This document shows, one piece after another, positions 59,491-64,000 of a stretch of 64,000 nucleotides of DNA. A model generated the notes under the pieces. It ran no database searches, was not told where the DNA came from, and worked only from the letters and a program-made list of their open reading frames with translations. Each line of letters opens with the position of its first letter. Position 1 is the stretch's first letter. Source of the DNA: the human T2T-CHM13v2.0 reference genome, Homo sapiens; NCBI RefSeq assembly GCF_009914755.1, contig NC_060930.1, one strand, 5' to 3'. Made by a program: the position numbers and the translations under genes.

Positions 59491-61489
59491 ATTCCATTTC
59501 ACATTTAGCTTGGATTTAGACCTGCACTGAAAGAAGATAAGAAAAGACTAATCTGAGCAAATATTTCTAAACCCTTTGAGCTTTCCCAGGGCTAATGCAG
59601 TACTGGTAGGTGGGGTGTATACTTTGGGCTAGTTTATCTCTCTAAGAGGGTCACATTAGGGCACTTCTTGTCCTTTCTAAATAAGTTAATAGTGTCCCTG
59701 ACAGACATTTGCCACTCTGATGTCAGCAGTAGTCTATTCTCTGCTTCGAATTGCAGAAGAGTCCTCTTTTGTAGTTGACTCATTTTTTTTAGCCTAGTAA
59801 CTCTTAAAATCTGTAAGACTGTCTTCTTAAATTGAAATTTGCTCTCATTTGGAAATTGGCTTTAATTTTCAAATTGATATCTCCTTTTCCTTTGTATGTA
59901 TCCAAAAGCTACGTTGTGTTATATTCAACTTTTTGCATCTACTGATGTTTTAATATTTAGGTTTAACATAGTCTTTCTTTTCTTTGGGTCTACTACTTTT
60001 TTGGTTTGCTTTATTTTTTAAAAAAAACCTATTCATCATTCTGAATTCAAGCATTCTCTTGAGTCTGAAAAACAGTTTGGCCTTTATGGGTATTTTTCAT
60101 GAACAAATATCTGGCAGCTTGATGCTATCCCATTTCCAAATGATTGCTTTCTTAATAGGCACTTTGAACACAAAAAAAGAATAGTATTTAGATGTCTGTT
60201 TTTGCTACTAAAAGTGGCAGTAAACTGTTTAATATCCTTCTAAAGAGAAAAGCTTGTCTTTTATGTTTTTAAAGATCTTTTCTATTTAAATATAAATAGA
60301 AGCTTTCTTTGAAAATCATTTTCAGTTCATTAATCCTTAAATTGTGCTATATCTAATGTGAGAAAGTTACATATGAGGTGACTTACCTAGATATATTTCT
60401 CCAGCTTTTTCTAAGAGTTGTCTTCAATGGTTCAAGTGGTAAATAGTAAGGAGATAGCAGTATCTCTAAACATAGTAATTTAACAGTCAATATACTATCA
60501 TATAAAGCATAAAAGCAGTAAAAGTACAACTTCTCCTTCTGGGAAAAGGGGATTACCAGAAACTGGATTTACTTTCTTGCCTAAAACAACAAGAAGAAAC
60601 AAAAGTTGTGTGGGATAATGGTTTGTATGTTAGGGAGCAAAAAAACAGTGATCCATGGGAGAAAAGAAATCAAAAGCTGTGCTTTATGATTGTCTCAGCT
60701 TATTTTTTGAATAAATTTCCAATCCGCAAAGTAGAGAGGAAGAATCTAGCTGAATTCTGGCAAACTCCTTAGGTTGAGAAGACCAAACTCAAAGCCTGAA
60801 GAGACCAAAGCAACTTCAATTGTTACTGCAAAGTTCAAAAGAAATTAAATTGCACCGAGAGTTCTAGAGATTTATACGGGGTCCCTTCTGCATTACATCT
60901 TTATCAGTGTGCTGATCAGGTTATGCATGTGAGGAAACTGCATATGGCAAGGAAAGGAATGACATGCCATGGTTGGTGAAAGAATGTGCAAAGCTCAAAT
61001 ATGGTCAGTCAAAACTACCAGACAGACTGGAAAACTCTTAATTCATGGAGAATTAAATAGAGCACAGAGAAGGATTTGCCTTGATAATTTGAAAAAAAAA
61101 ATAGTCAAGGACTAAAGGCTACTTTAGTCTCAATTGGAAAATCCCAATTAAAGCCAAGACCTGAAATGCTCAAACCATTTGCAGGTAATCCCACGCCAGA
61201 ACAAAGCACAATATTTATAGAAATATGAAAATATTCAACACCCAACCAAGAAAATTCAAAATGTCTAGCTCCCAGTAAAAATTTCCAGATGTGTAGAGCA
61301 GCCAGGAAACTATCATCCCATACTAAGAAGAAAAATCAGTCAATTAGAACAGATGTGGAACTGACAAAGATGTTAGAATTAGCAGACAAGTACTTTTATG
61401 TGTTTTTGTAACTTTTTATAAGTTAAATAAGCTAGAAGAAAGATTGAAAATATAAAGTGGAAATGTTAACCACACAAACAAATGAACTC

Positions 61490-63239
61490 AGAAGCCCACA
61501 AGAATCTAGACATAGACTTTATGCTCCACAAAAGTAACTCAAAGTGGGTCAGTTATTAAACATAAATTTAAAATACAAAAACTGTAATATGCAGAAGATA
61601 ACATAGGGAAAAATCTAGGTGACTTTGGGTTTGATAATGACATTTCAGATACAACACTAAAAATATAACCTATAAAAAAACTGGTAAACTGGATTTCACT
61701 CAAATAAACACTTGGCTCTGTGAAGAACATTGTCATGGAAATGAGAAGAGAAGTCACAGACCTGGAAAAATATTTGCAAAATACATATCTGATAAAGAAC
61801 TGTTATTCAAAATACAGTCATGTGTCAGTTAATAATGGAGACATATTCTTAGAAATGTATTGCTAGGCAATTTTATCATTGAGCATCATAGAGTGTAGTT
61901 ACACAAACCTAGATGATATAGTCTACTACACACCTTGGATGTATGATATAGCTTATTGATCCTAGGCTACAAATTTGCACACTATGTTACTGTAATAACT
62001 ACGGTAGGCAATTCTAACATGACAGTAATTATTTATGTATCTTAACATATCTAAACATAGACAAAGCACAGTAAAATATGATATTATAATCTTATGGGGA
62101 CCAAAGACAAACCATATAATTTTACAGTTGTTACGTGGTACATGACTGCATACGAAGGACTAACTCAACAGGTAAACAATTATCGAACAACTAAGCTCAG
62201 CAATAAGAAAATAAACAACTCAAAACATGGACAAAAGACCCAAGAACAGATAGATATCTTACCAATAATTATATTAATATGAGAAATAAACATATGAAAA
62301 GATTTTCATCATCACATATCATTAGGAAATTGAAAATTAATAAGATATGAGTACATACCTATTAGAATGCAAAAAATCAAAACACTCATAATACTAAATA
62401 CTAGGAGGATGAAGAGCAGCAGGAACTCTCATTCATTGTTGGTGAGAATTCACAATGGTACAGACACTTGTCAAGACAATTCAGCAGTTTTTACAAAACT
62501 AATCATACTCTTACCAAGTGATTTACCAATTGTTTTCCTTGATATTTACCCAAATGAGTTGCAAACTTATGTCCATACAAAATTTGCACATATTTTTATA
62601 GCAGCTGTATTTATAATAGCCAAAAGTTGGAAACAACCAAGATGTCCTTCAATAGGTGAAAGAATAAAGTGCTGCATCCATAAAATTGGAAATTATTACA
62701 TGCTAAAAAGAAATGAGTTATCTAGCCAGGGAAAAGATATGACGGAAACATAAATGCAAATTAATAAGTGAAAGAAGTCAATCTGAAGGGGCTATATACC
62801 ATATCAATCCAATGTCAAGACATTCTGGGAAAGGAGAAACTATGGAGACAGTAAAACGATCAGTGGTTGCCGGAAGTTCAGGGGGAGAGAAGGAAGGATG
62901 AATGAATGGAGCACAAGGGGGAGTTAGGGCAGATAAATTACGTTATATGATGCTATAATGGTAAGTACTTGCCAGCAAACATCTATTCATATCCATAGAA
63001 TGAATAGCACAGTAAATAAATAAACTCTAAGGCGAATGTTAGACTTTGGTTGATAATGATGTGTCAATGTTGGTTCATCAGTTCTAAAAATTGTACCACA
63101 CTACTGTGGGACGTTGATGGTCACAGATCTTTGTGTAGAAAAGGAAAGGGTATCTGGGAATGCTCTGTAATTTTCTCTCATTTTTTTTTCTGTGACCCTA
63201 AAGTTTCTCTGGAAAATAGAGTCCATTAATTTAAAAAAA
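61490..63239 (+). mobile_element. L1MC-type ORF2 end and 3'UTR
   Basis: The ORF at 62367-62753 contains decayed ORF2 C-terminal motifs (FIAAVFIIAKSWKQPRCPSIGE). 'ggagaaactatggagacagtaaaacgatcagtggttgcc'; 3' end 'gtgaccctaaagtttctc...aatttaaaaaaa'. Confidence 0.85.
61815..62148. mobile_element. Tigger3a (MER7A-like) MITE inside the L1MC
   Basis: 'ta|cagtcatgtg' ... 'catgactg'; same end sequences as the element at 11497-13086. Confidence 0.88.
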
Positions 63240-64000
63240 CAATCAAACCTCTAGAGATAAAGATTACAGTATCTGAGGTAAAAATACATTGGCTGGTATT
63301 AAAGGGATTTTATACATGACAGGATAAGAGGTTATTGAACTAGAACATAGAGCAATAGGACTAAAATGAAGCACACTGAGAAAAAAAAAAGAACATAGCT
63401 TCAGTTATCTGTGGGAAAATTCATCTGCAAAGTCTGAGGTGAGGTGGAGGAAGAAAAATAGATATAAGAATAACTTGTTTTCAAATTTGATGAATACGAT
63501 AAACCTACAGATGTCAGAAGTTCAACAAACCCTAGGTATAAGAAATATTTTAAAAGGACACCATTACATCACAATATGACTGCTCAAAACTAACGATTAA
63601 AAATATATTCGAAGAAGTGATAAAAGTAATGACATTATGTACACAGGAACAAAAATAAAAATGATAGAAGATTTCTCAGTAATCTGCAGGTAAGAAGACA
63701 ATAGAGCAATATTGTTAAAGTATTGGAAAAAATACTGTCAGCCAAGAATTCTACACATAGATGAAATATCTTTTAAAAATAAAAGCAAAATATTTTTTTA
63801 GGTATACAATGCCAAAAGAATTAATCATAGACATATTTACTTTGTAAGAAATGATTTTTAAAGATTCTTTAATCAAAAGAAATATACCACATGAAGTATA
63901 GAGGTACATAAGGAATAAAAAAACTGGAAATGGAGACTACATAAGTAAATATATAATATATATTTTAATTACTTAATTCTCCAAAGGTGAATAGACTTTT

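Larger units (their letters stand above)
60530..64000 (+). mobile_element. Ancient L1 5'/ORF1 region (60530-61485, resuming ~63240-64000) interrupted by an L1MC
   Basis: 'agatgttagaattagcagacaag', 'gaagttcaacaaaccctaggtataag', 'aatactgtcagccaagaattctaca'. Confidence 0.65.

Overview
Very AT-rich, CpG-poor primate DNA, most likely human or great ape (it carries Alu, L1PA, THE1/MST/MLT, Tigger, L2 and MIR elements). It is dominated by nested transposable-element fossils. I see no supportable protein-coding exon, RNA gene, CpG island or pseudogene. The protein-like ORFs are broken L1 ORF2 pieces or chance frames through Alu, LTR and microsatellite DNA. L1 and LTR orientation is mixed, which fits an intergenic gene desert or a deep intron. 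I did not find a new gene system. What does stand out is a set of DNA-repair and retrotransposition scars: (1) a 61-bp filler copied from 2.36 kb away onto the 5' junction of a young TSD-less L1PA; (2) a ~260-bp, ~90%-identical dispersed duplication; (3) several fold-back or templated insertions inside old repeats, including a hairpin with 37-bp arms in a THE1/MST LTR; (4) a CpG-intact, severely 5'-truncated Alu that may be polymorphic; (5) an L1PA7-in-L1M chimera joined at homologous positions. Subfamily names come from my recall of consensus sequences, not from a RepeatMasker run. Boundaries of the ancient elements are approximate.
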